Source of the DNA: Azolla caroliniana
Lineage: Eukaryota > Plantae > Polypodiophyta
Direction of reading: 5' to 3'
DNA length: 64,000 nucleotides
Assembly: GCA_043228905.1 (NCBI GenBank)
Contig: JBHGNT010000003.1
Coordinates: 7,440,001-7,504,000 of the forward strand
Shown: in pieces, positions 21,702-31,800 of the stretch
Layout of the letters: every line of letters begins with the position of its first letter
Numbering within the stretch: the stretch's first letter is position 1
Translations under genes and position numbers: made by a program
The notes under the pieces: generated by a model
What the model saw: the letters and a program-made list of their open reading frames with translations, nothing else
The model's database searches: none
What the model was told of the DNA's origin: nothing

Positions 21702-23304
21702 AAGGAGACAGGAAAACACCAAAGAAGAACAAGGAGGACCGGACAACAAGAAGGAAAAACGAAGGGTCCGCCAGAGATGATGGTGACAAAGAGAAAGGGC
21801 GGTGGAAAGAATGACCAATGGCAAGAAAAACGAACCAGCAGTCGGAGCGGCCGGAATGGCCGGACAATGGCTGAAGAGCAGCCGGACAACAGTTGAAGTG
21901 GTTGGAGTGGCCGGATAGTGGCTAAACAACAGTCGACGACCGGACAAATGCCGGTATGACAGCCAGATGACGACGCTTGATGACGTCGGTCGACGGAGAC
22001 GACCACAAAACCCGATGAAGCAGTGGCCGCAGCAGGAGAGTTGTGGCCAAAGAGGGGCTAGATAGCAACAGGAACAGCGGCCAAATATCGGCCGAAGAGC
22101 GGAAAGAGCAGTCGGAAGGGCCGAAAACCAGTCGGAATAGCCAGACAGTGGTTGTAGCAGCCAGAGCGGCCGGAGGGTCGGACAAGGCCGGGGAAGCAGA
22201 CAGGGAAGGATGGGCAAAGACGGACGAACGACGACCGACGACAGAGATACCCGAACGGGCCAGACAAATGAATAGAATGACCAGGACCGACAGGACAATG
22301 ACAACGACGGCCGGAATACGATGACAACGCCGAATGGCGGCAGAACGTTCGTAGAGAACGACGACGGCAAAAAAGAAGAAGCTACAAACAGCTGCGAAAG
22401 AGAAGCCGGTATGGCCGGATAGCACCCAGAATGGTGAGACTGATAGATATGGAGGAGAGGCCAGAAAAAAACCGGTCGCTATTGAGAGCTACCAAAGAGC
22501 AGTCGGAGTGGCCGAACGGCGCCGAAACGAAGGAGGCCAGAACGAACGACACCGGACAACTACAAAATGGAGACGGACAAACAACGGCTGGACCGATGGC
22601 GGAAGCGTAATCGGTGCAACGTCTGGATAGGCGGCTGGAACGGAGACTGAGATGGCAATGGTGCCGAAGACAAAGAAATGGAGATAGTGACGAAGAGACC
22701 TTGGAATGAGAAAAAGAACGAACAACCAAACACCCGGACTGTTGGATCGCCAAAAACAGAGAAGGAACTAGAACACATAGAGAAGAAAGTGCAGAGTATA
22801 CAAGAGAAGGAAGAGAAGGCATAGAACAGAGGATGGAGAAAAACGAGCAAGGAAGAAGAAGACAAATACGGAAGAAGAAGCAAATGAAGAGAGGAGAAAA
22901 GCAGATAGAAAACAGAAAAAAGAGAGGGAAAAATAGGGAAAAAAAAGGGGACATGTAACAAATATTGAAACCCTGCGGGTACTGAATCAAATTGTGAAAC
23001 CTCAAAGGGTATATAATATAAAATTTTAAAAATCAAAGGGCACCTACATAATTTTTAAAAACTCATGGACATGATCGACACACAACTCACAAAATCAACA
23101 AAAAGGAAGATATACATACACACAATATTTTTAAGAACCCGAAAGAGGATACCAAAGTTCGTAAACCGACAGAACGAGAATGTTCGTGTCGCGGAAGATT
23201 CGCTGACCGACAAGGATGTTCGAGTCAAGCGCTCCAATCGAGGGAGTCGATCGTTGAGACGACCGATGGAAATTCCGATCGAAGAAAGATTATGATCAAG
23301 GCAT

Positions 23305-23344
23305 GTGGGATCGACGTGCAAGGCACTCTCCCACGGGCGTGCCA
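23305..23344 (+). promoter_or_regulatory. Conserved hairpin with a tRNA-like 3' end at the expected PPT position
   Basis: GTGGGATCGACGTGCAAGGCACTCTCCCACGGGCGTGCCA just before the 3' LTR; nearly identical to 57615-57655 (minus). Confidence 0.6.
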
Positions 23345-23349
23345 TATTG

Positions 23350-23918
23350 TGTTACCATACGAGATGTACAGGTGATTGATAAGTGAGGGTGAAAGATGTA
23401 ATGTGTTGATATGTATGTGTCATTTTATATGATTATGAGTGTGAATGTAAGTGTGAGTGTGGTAGATACAAAGAGGTGTGAGTGAGTGATTAGTGTGAAT
23501 GCCAAGGGGGCTTGCACCCTTGTGGATCTACCCCTTTGTACCTATTTAACCCCTTATGGGGAATGAATGAATACAATGATAATTTCTCTCTCAATTTCTC
23601 TCTCTCTCTCTCTCTCATCATCTCGCTCTCTTCCCTCTCCCTAACGTTGAACCCCTTGGGAGGGGGGTGGAGCCATTCTAGGCACCACCCCCCACCCCGC
23701 AATGCTTGTCTTGTTCTTCATGTTCTCTCTCACCATCATACCATTCCACAATGTTTATCTCCATCATCACACCCATCATTACAATCATGCTATCATAATC
23801 GGCAAAGATATCCAGACGTCGATCCGGAAACCCTCTTGCTCTCAGCTTCACGGCTATTTGGTCCGAGACCCCCGTGGTCCCGCCCTGTTTCAGCACATCC
23901 TCGTGGAAAACCGCAACA
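23350..23918 (+). repeat. 3' LTR-like segment of element A
   Basis: TGTT...AACA termini; the last ~120 bp match the end of the 5' LTR and the rest does not. Start could be 23348. Confidence 0.6.
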
Positions 23919-24924
23919 ACGCTCCTCGAGAATCTTCTTCAGATCTGTCGCTTATAGGTAGGCATAGTTCTTGTCTTCCAAGCGGGGTCTTCGACATTAA
24001 CCCGCATGGGCCGAATCGTTTCTTTGACTTGTTTGCGCGACTCCCCTTTCCGGCTTGAGTCTCCATCCTCCGCTCGTACAGCTCGACTTACTTCCGCATG
24101 TTCTTTCTTTTTCGCACCCCTTGTTTAATGTCTTTTTTTATAGGCTATCTTGCTCTTCCGTTCTTTTTCTCTTTTCATCCACGAGCACCTCGTGGTTGTC
24201 ACACATCACTTCGGTGAGTATGGTGTTGTTATCTACCGGATCTAACCATCTAGTTATACTTTGCACACTTCCATCCGCAAGTTCTACCTTGTTTGAAGTA
24301 ACTTTCCCCTTCTTCTTACACTCGAAAACAGAAGGCCAAAACATTGTTCCCGTTCTAGCTGCTTCATTCTTATCTTTCCCAACACTTATTCCGGTCGATG
24401 CAGCATAGTGCATCGCATCCACATGAATCGCATCGGCAATTTCCATAGCTTTCTTTATTCCCCCTCTTCCAAAATTCACCCGTAGGGGTTTTTTGGTTTC
24501 ATTCGAGCAGATCATGTTGCCATCCATGTATAAGATATTTTATCGAATGGCCTCTCGAAGGCTCGTGCAATCCCTTCTCATGCGGTCCATGTTGTTGCAC
24601 CACACACATCCAAAGGGTTCTTTTCCCTTCGGTTCCCAATGATTCATGTTCACTAGCATGATCGTCTCAAGCTTCTTCGCTAGTTCTTCAATGATGTCAT
24701 CATCAATCTTCTTTTCGTCCGGATTGCTTTGTTTGAGCGGCTCAACCACTTTTGGTTGTCTCGTTTTTTTCCCGCTCAATCCTGCCAAGTAGTGTTATCA
24801 ACCCATTGACGACGTTTGTCATGCCTGTTGCACGCTCGCTTCACTGCAATCCAGTCTGCCACAAGTATGTTCACTTGGATATCATCTTCGAGGAGAGTCC
24901 TGAATTCTCGTCTATCCTTCATAT
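23919..24924 (-). pseudogene. Degenerate gag of the host gypsy element
   Basis: ADWIAVKRACNRHDKRRQW, CVWC and PLRVNFGRGGIK are homologous to element A gag. Confidence 0.75.
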
Positions 24925-25892
24925 TGTTGGGAAATCGGTCCCTCCGGATGGGATCTGGTGATGAATAAAGAGGACCCGGTGAGAACTGGAAGAGAAGACA
25001 TATCTGTAAATATGTTTTGAGTAAGCCTATTGAGGTTATATTTGTAAATAGCCCTAAGTTCAAATAACTATAAATATGACTTAGGGCAATCACTTTAGAG
25101 TGGTTGTTGCCATATTGTTGTATAGAGAAACTGACAGAGAGAGAGAGTGTGAGATACAGAGCGATACTCTGTTGTAAGCGTCGGTTGGCGAAGATACAGA
25201 GCTCGAGTTCGTTGCCTCTGAGGCTCTAATTGTACCTTTCTCCTATAGTGATAGGTGGAGTCCGTGGGTTCCCATGGTTTTTTCCCATTTAGGGCTTTTC
25301 CACATAAACATCCTGTGTATTTCTTTTCTGTACTCTCCACTTCCCATTATTGTGTTTCATTCTCAGTGAAGCGATTCAAGACTCAGTTGTGGCTGAGCAA
25401 TATTCCGCGTCCTTCTCTTCAATATGGTATCAGAGCGAACAACACAGGAAATAGACAAATCGTTCGGCGGCATGTTCAAGCTCACCGGCTCCAACTACTC
25501 AATGTGGAAGTCGAAGATGAGGGACATGCTAGTGGTTAAAGATCTGTGGTTGCCGGTTTAGTTCAGGGACAAGAGATTGGATAAGATCGATGCCACAGTG
25601 TGGGAGGTGATGCACATGAAGATGACGGCCTACATCTGGTGCTTCATCGACATGAGCTTGTACAACAACTTCAATGAAGAGACCAAGGCTCATGAACTCT
25701 AGGAGAAGATCGGCATCATGTTCCAGAACAAGAATGTTGTTAATCGGGTTTTGGTATTCTGGAAGCTAGTAAGGCTTCGGTACCATGACGGCTCCAGTAT
25801 GGTGGAGCACATGAATGCCTTCCAGGGACTGATCCACCAGGCAACCTCGTTGGAAGTACCTCTTGCCGATGAGGTACTCGCATTACTCCTAC
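24925..25892 (+). mobile_element. Truncated copia: LTR (24925-25421), PBS-Met (25425-25436), degenerate gag
   Basis: LTR start TGTTGGGAAATCGGTCCCTCCGGATGGGA resembles the intact copia LTR; TGGTATCAGAGC present. The gag matches 53050-53500 (minus) and is cut at 25893. Confidence 0.85.
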
Positions 25893-25999
25893 TGTCAGGA
25901 ATAGTACTGAGACAGAGAAGAAATTAGTACTAAGAGAGGAATATTAGTACTAAGAGGAATAGAGGGTGTATAACACTCGAGAGGAGAGAGAGAGTGGAA

Positions 26000-26082
<83 letters not shown>

Positions 26083-26408
26083 TGTGTGAGTGAGAGATCG
26101 AGGGAGAGAAAATGATGATGACAGCGATATATTATGTGAGAAGAATATACAAGGAAGGCTATGAGGCTTAAGACTAGCGTTGAACCCATTTGGTTTAAAA
26201 TAGTACCTTCTGCCTCCTTTTATAGTGTTCTTAGGAGTAGTCCTGAAACTTCTAGAATGTTCTAGAGAAATCTAGAATATACATTAATTTTCTATAGTAA
26301 AACTTAAATAAAAATAATATTTTATGTATTATAATAGATAGTTTAATGGTTAAGAGCTCGACCCATGTAACATAAGGTCATAGGTTCGAGTCTTGCCATA
26401 TCATGACA
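25893..26408 (-). repeat. 3' LTR of a chromoviral gypsy, with a (GA)n(GT)n microsatellite and tRNA-like A/B boxes
   Basis: TGTCAGGA...TCATGACA; PPT GAGGGGATAG at 26409-26418 (minus); homologous to 31678-32131. Confidence 0.85.
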
Positions 26409-26775
26409 CTATCCCCTCTTTAAAATGACGAGTGTCACGAGTCGTTTTGGATTGAGGACCCGGTTTATCTAGATATTGTCGATGGAAGTCTTCAAGAAGA
26501 GCACAGGCATTAGTCACATTCTCTATTGGTTCCCATGTATGCTCATTGGGACTATATCCTAGCCAATCGACTAAATAGTAGAGCTTGTTCCGAACAATCT
26601 TGGAATTGAGGATGACGGCAACCTCGTACTCAAGTCCATCTTCAAGTTCGATTGGGGGTGGAGGTTGTGGAATATGTCCTCGGATGGTGTTGTCTTCAAA
26701 GGGTTCGAGGAGAGAACTATGAAACATTGGATGTATGTGAAGTTGCAGGGGTCGATCAAGAAGAAAAGCGACATC
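26409..26775 (-). pseudogene. Chromovirus integrase C-terminus with chromodomain
   Basis: IHPMFHSSLLEP...EYEVAVILNSK...YLVDWLGYSPNEHTWEP. Confidence 0.85.
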
Positions 26776-28350
26776 ATGGGAATATGTCCCTCTAGTGGGA
26801 GGAGGAAGTGACTCTCCAGAAGTTGTTGACAGTCGATGACTACGAGGAGCCAATTGATCGGACCAAGGAGTGCCGACAGTCGAAGACATGGAAGATCTGA
26901 TTGTTCGGAAAGCTGACAGTCGAAGAGTCGAAAATAGTGAGTCGATTGTTTGATAGTTCGACTACTATTATTATAGCAATAATAATAATGATACGTAGCA
27001 GAGGTTACATTTGTAAATATCCCATATAGTGTATAAATATAATCTCCAGAAGTTGTTGATAGTCGATGACTACGAGGAGCCAATTGATCACAAGTCGGTT
27101 TATCTAGATATTGTCGATGGAAGTCTTCAAGAAGAGCACAGGCATTAGTCACATTCTCTATTGGTTCCCATGTATGCTCATTGGGACTATATCCTAGCCA
27201 ATCGACTAAACAGTAGAGCTTGTTCCGAACAATCTTGGAATTGAGGATGACGGCAACCTCGTACTCAAGTCCATCTTCAAGTTCGATTGGGGGTGGAGGT
27301 TGTGGAATATGTCCTCGGATGGTGTTGTCTTCAAAGGGTTCGAGGAGAGAACTATGAAACATTGGATGTATGTGAAGTTGCAGGGGTCGATCAAGAAGAA
27401 AAGCGACATCATGGGAATATGTCCCTCTAGTGGGAGGAGGAAGTGACTCTCCAGAAGTTGCTGACAGTCGATGACTACGAGGAGCCAATTGATCGGACCA
27501 AGGAGTGCCGACAGTCGAAGACATGGAAGATCTGATTGTTCGGAAAGCTGACAGTCGAAGAGTCGAAAATAGTGAGTCGATTGTTTGATAGTTCGACTAC
27601 TATTATTATAGCAATAATAATAATGATACGTAGCAGAGGTTACATTTGTAAATATCCCATATAGTGTATAAATATAATCTCCAGAAGTTGCTGATAGTCG
27701 ATGACTACGAGGAGCCAATTGATCACAAGTCGGTTTATCTAGATATTGTCGATGGAAGTCTTCAAGAAGAGCACAGGCATTAGTCACATTCTCTATTGGT
27801 TCCCATGTATGCTCATTGGGACTATATCCTAGCCAATCGACTAAATAGTAGAGCTTGTTCCGAACAATCTTGGAATTGAGGATGACGGCAACCTCGTACT
27901 CAAGTCCATCTTCAAGTTCGATTGGGGGTGGAGGTTGTGGAATATGTCCTCGGATGGTGTTGTCTTCAAAGGGTTCGAGGAGAGAACTATGAAACATTGG
28001 ATGTATGTGAAGTTGCAGGGGTCGATCAAGAAGAAAAGCGACATCATGGGAATATGTCCCTCTAGTGGGAGGAGGAAGTGACTCTCCAGAAGTTGCTGAC
28101 AGTCGATGACTACGAGGAGCCAATTGATCGGACCAAGGAGTGCCGACAGTCGAAGACATGGAAGATCTGATTGTTCGGAAAGCTGACAGTCGAAGAGTCG
28201 AAAATAGTGAGTCGATTGTTTGATAGTTCGACTACTATTATTATAGCAATAATAATAATGATACGTAGCAGAGGTTACATTTGTAAATATCCCATATAGT
28301 GTATAAATATAATCTCCAGAAGTTGCTGATAGTCGATGACTACGAGGAGC
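26461..28350. repeat. Three near-identical 635-bp tandem units (chromodomain plus start of a copia LTR), followed by an extra ~230-bp LTR duplication to about 28540
   Basis: ORFs recur at 26571, 27206 and 27841; the same junction CAATTGATCACAAGTCGGTTT occurs near 27081 and 27716. Confidence 0.9.
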
Positions 28351-31145
28351 CAATTGATCGGACCAAGGAGTGCCGACAGTCGAAGACATGGAAGATCTGA
28401 TTGTTCGGAAAGCTGACAGTCGAAGAGTCGAAAATAGTGAGTCGATTGTTTGATAGTTCGACTACTATTATTATAGCAATAATAATAATGATACGTAGCA
28501 GAGGTTACATTTGTAAATATCCCATATAGTGTATAAATATAAATACACTTAGGGTAAAACGCGAAAAAGTGTAGAACAGAAGTAGCGCGAGAGTGTGAGA
28601 GACAGAGATTGAGTGAGAGTGGCGCCATAGCTGTGTGCGTAACAACAGATGCCAAGAGCCCTACGTGGCTGATACATTCGAAGGAGTGTTGTAACATTAT
28701 GTGTTGTATATCCACTATACATAATGAAGCTCTGTTCCCATGGTTTTCTCCCATTTTAGGGTTTCCACGATAAATCTCTGTGCACCATTGTTGTCCTTTC
28801 TTTTTCTAGCATATCTGTTATTCGTATTTCAGCACAGTTCGTTTATTGTGATTTGACCGAATGATTTCTCAACAAACTAGTATCAGAGCTTGAGGTGCAA
28901 GCATGGAAGGAGGTGTGAGCAGTTTTCAGGTATGATAGTTCTAAACTCACAAAACTATGCAGACTGGAAGATAAAGATGGAAGACCTCCTCATCGTGAAA
29001 GACCTGTACAAGCCAGTCGACAAAACAGACATACCCAGGGGGGTATTGGAGGCAGTGGCCACCCTCCGACAATGCATCGACGCAAGTGTCCTTCAGCATA
29101 TGGCAAACAACACAAATGCCCACGAAATGTGGCAAAGCTGTCGGGTTTGTATGAGAGGAAGAACACGCTCAATAAAACCTCGTTGATGAGAAAAATCATA
29201 CGGCTGAAATACAGAGACGGTGAGAGCATCGTCGAACACATCAACACATTCATGGGGTATGTAAATCAACTTGTTGTGACCAAGTTTCTCTTGGATGAGG
29301 AATGCAAGCCATCCTGTTGATGTGCACACTACTGGACAGTTGGGAGAACCTGGTGGTTACTCTTAGCACCTCCTGTCAAAAAGAGAACTTCTCTTTATAG
29401 ATGGTGAAGACAAGCATCCTAAATGATGCGAGGAAAGACAAAGGAGTCATGTCCCAATCGTAGTCGAATCTGACTCAACATATGGACAGAGGAAGAGACC
29501 AGAGAAGAAGAAGTCTGCAACGAACGGACAAATCCCACGCCAGATCGAAGTCCAGATGTAAGCCCGTGTGCTTTTATTGTGGAAAGCCTGGACACTTCCA
29601 GAAGGACTGTCGACACTTAAAGAAAGATAAGAGTGTCAGAAATAATGTCGAACCCAAGAAAATTCATGATGAGAAGAACACTTTGGCCATTTCTACGAGC
29701 AATGAAGAACTCCTGTTCATTTGTGAATAGACGAGTGCAAATCTTGCAAGTGAATATTTCACGTGGGTGATTGATTCCGGGGCATCGTTCCACATAACTC
29801 CATCAAGAGATTATTTCTCGACTTACATAGCCAGGGATCATGGCTATGTAAAGATGGGTGACAGTGGAGAGTGCAGGGTAACCGGAGTCGGAAGTGTTTA
29901 CTTAACGACGTTGACAAGGTGTCGACTGACTCTGAAGGATGTTCGACACGTCCCCAACATCAAATTGAATCTGATATCGATTGGAAGGTTAGATGACGAA
30001 GGCTATAGTGGTAGCTTTTGAAATGGCAAGTGGAAGTTTTGTCGAGGAAATCTTATAGTGGCCCAAGCACAGAAAGAAGGCACATTATATATGATGCATG
30101 CCCGACTGTGCAAATAGGAAGTAAATGTGGCAGCCATCTCGGTAGGAGAAATATGGCATAAGAGGCTAGGCCACATGAGTGAGAAGGGAATGCACCTACT
30201 AGCAGACAAGAAACTTCTACCAAAAGTCAAGGGAGTTCCCCTGGAGAACTGCGTCGACTGCTTAGTCAGAAAGCAAAATAGAGCAACATTCCACACAAGA
30301 CCACCGAGGAGAAGAGAAGTGCCACTGTAAATAGTACACATGGATGTGTGTTATGTGGATGCTCCATCGCATCAAGGTGGATAGTACTTTGTGACGTTCA
30401 TTGACAACTATAGTCGGAAGACATGGGCCTTCGTACTGAAGTCGAAGGATCAAGTACTGTCAGTTTTCAAGGAGTTCTAGGCTAGAGCTGAACAAGAGTC
30501 AGGTCGGAAGTTGAAGGTTGTTCGAACCGACAACGGTGGCGAGTAGAGAGGGAAGTTCGAGGAATACTGCAAGTGCCAAGGTATTCGGATCGAATACACA
30601 GTGCCAAAGACCCCAGAGTTGAACGGGCTTGCAGAGAGGATGGATCGAACAATCATGGAGAGGGTAAGGAGCATGCTCTCTCATGTGAAACTGCCGAAAT
30701 CCTATTGGGTTGAGGCGATGTACACAATTGTTTATCTAATCAACAGATCTCCCTCAATACCATTAAAGGGTGATGTCCCACAGAGAGTGTGGACAGGGAA
30801 GGATGTCTCCTACCAACACCTGAGGGTGTTCAGATGTTTGGGGTATATGCATGTACCGAAGGATCAAAGGTCAAAGGTCGACAGTAAGTCGAAGGCATGC
30901 ATATTCATGGGATACTTGGAAGATGAGTTCAGTTATAGGCTATGGGACCTAGTCGACAAGAAGGTAGTGAGAAGTCATGATGTAGTCTTTCTAGAAGATA
31001 AGACGATTGAAGACTGGAAGCGACAGAAGTCAGAATTGACTCCCCAGTCAACCTCGACTACCATCGACTTAAGGCCAAGTGAGTCGTCATCAACGGCTGT
31101 AAGGAGACAGTTGGCCGATAGAGCCGAATCTGAGTCGATCGACTC

Positions 31146-31800
31146 GGAGAGACCGACTAACTATGAGTTAGAGTCGGCAGAGCTGCAAAGGTCAATTGAT
31201 GAATATGAGTTGGAGTTATCCAACCAGGAGAGGCCGATTTTTGTCAGGAATAGTACTAAAACAGAGAGAGAATTAGTACTGGAAAAGGGAAGTACTATTA
31301 GTACTAAGAGAACGGGACTGCGTAAGACTCCCGAGAGAGGAAGAGAGAAGAGGAGAGAGAGACCGAGAGACCGACTGACTACGAGTTAGAGTCGGCAGAG
31401 CTGCAAAGGTCAATTGATGAATATGAGTTGGAGTTATCCAACCAAGAGAGGCCGATTTTTGTCAGGAATAGTACTAAAACAGAGAGAGAATTAGTACTGG
31501 AAAAGGGAAGTACTATTAGTACTAAGAGAACGGGACTGCGTAAGATTCCCGAGAGAGGAAGAGAGAAGAGGAGAGAGAGACGGAGAGACCGACTGACTAC
31601 GAGTTAGAGTCGGCAGAGCTGCAAAGGTCAATTGATGAATATGAGTTGGAGTTATCCAACCAAGAGAGGCCGATTTTTGTCAGGAATAGTACTAAAACAG
31701 AGAGAGAATTAGTACTGGAAAAGGGAAGTACTATTAGTACTAAGAGAACGGGACTGCGTAAGACTCCCGAGAGAGGAAGAGAGAAGAGGAGAGAGAGAGA
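31146..31800. repeat. 218-bp tandem triplication spanning the copia/chromovirus-LTR junction
   Basis: The LTR edge TGTCAGGAATAGTACT recurs at 31242, 31460 and 31678. Confidence 0.9.

Larger units (their letters stand above)
6689..23918 (+). mobile_element. Non-chromoviral Ty3/gypsy element A (degenerate, no integrase), carrying two nested insertions
   Basis: 5' LTR TGTCGTGG...CCGCGACA (6689-13003, split by the copia). gag-PR-RT-RH remnants follow. A 3' LTR-like segment runs from about 23350 to 23918. Flanks ACGT/ACGC are a 4-bp TSD with one mismatch, and the host ORF is collinear across the insertion. Confidence 0.75.

Noticed and set aside
21428-23036. Several overlapping 90-255-aa ORFs, including hydrophobic F/L/S-rich ones suggesting an env-like protein
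   Set aside because: They are products of low-complexity GC-rich and purine-rich tracts with few stops; no recognisable domain.
25980-26100. (GA)n(GT)n tract, and also (AAG)n at about 35630-35660
   Set aside because: Ordinary LTR-associated microsatellites.
26333-26400. Functional tRNA gene
   Set aside because: No convincing acceptor or anticodon stems, and it is part of a repeated LTR. Kept only as a tRNA-derived box pair.
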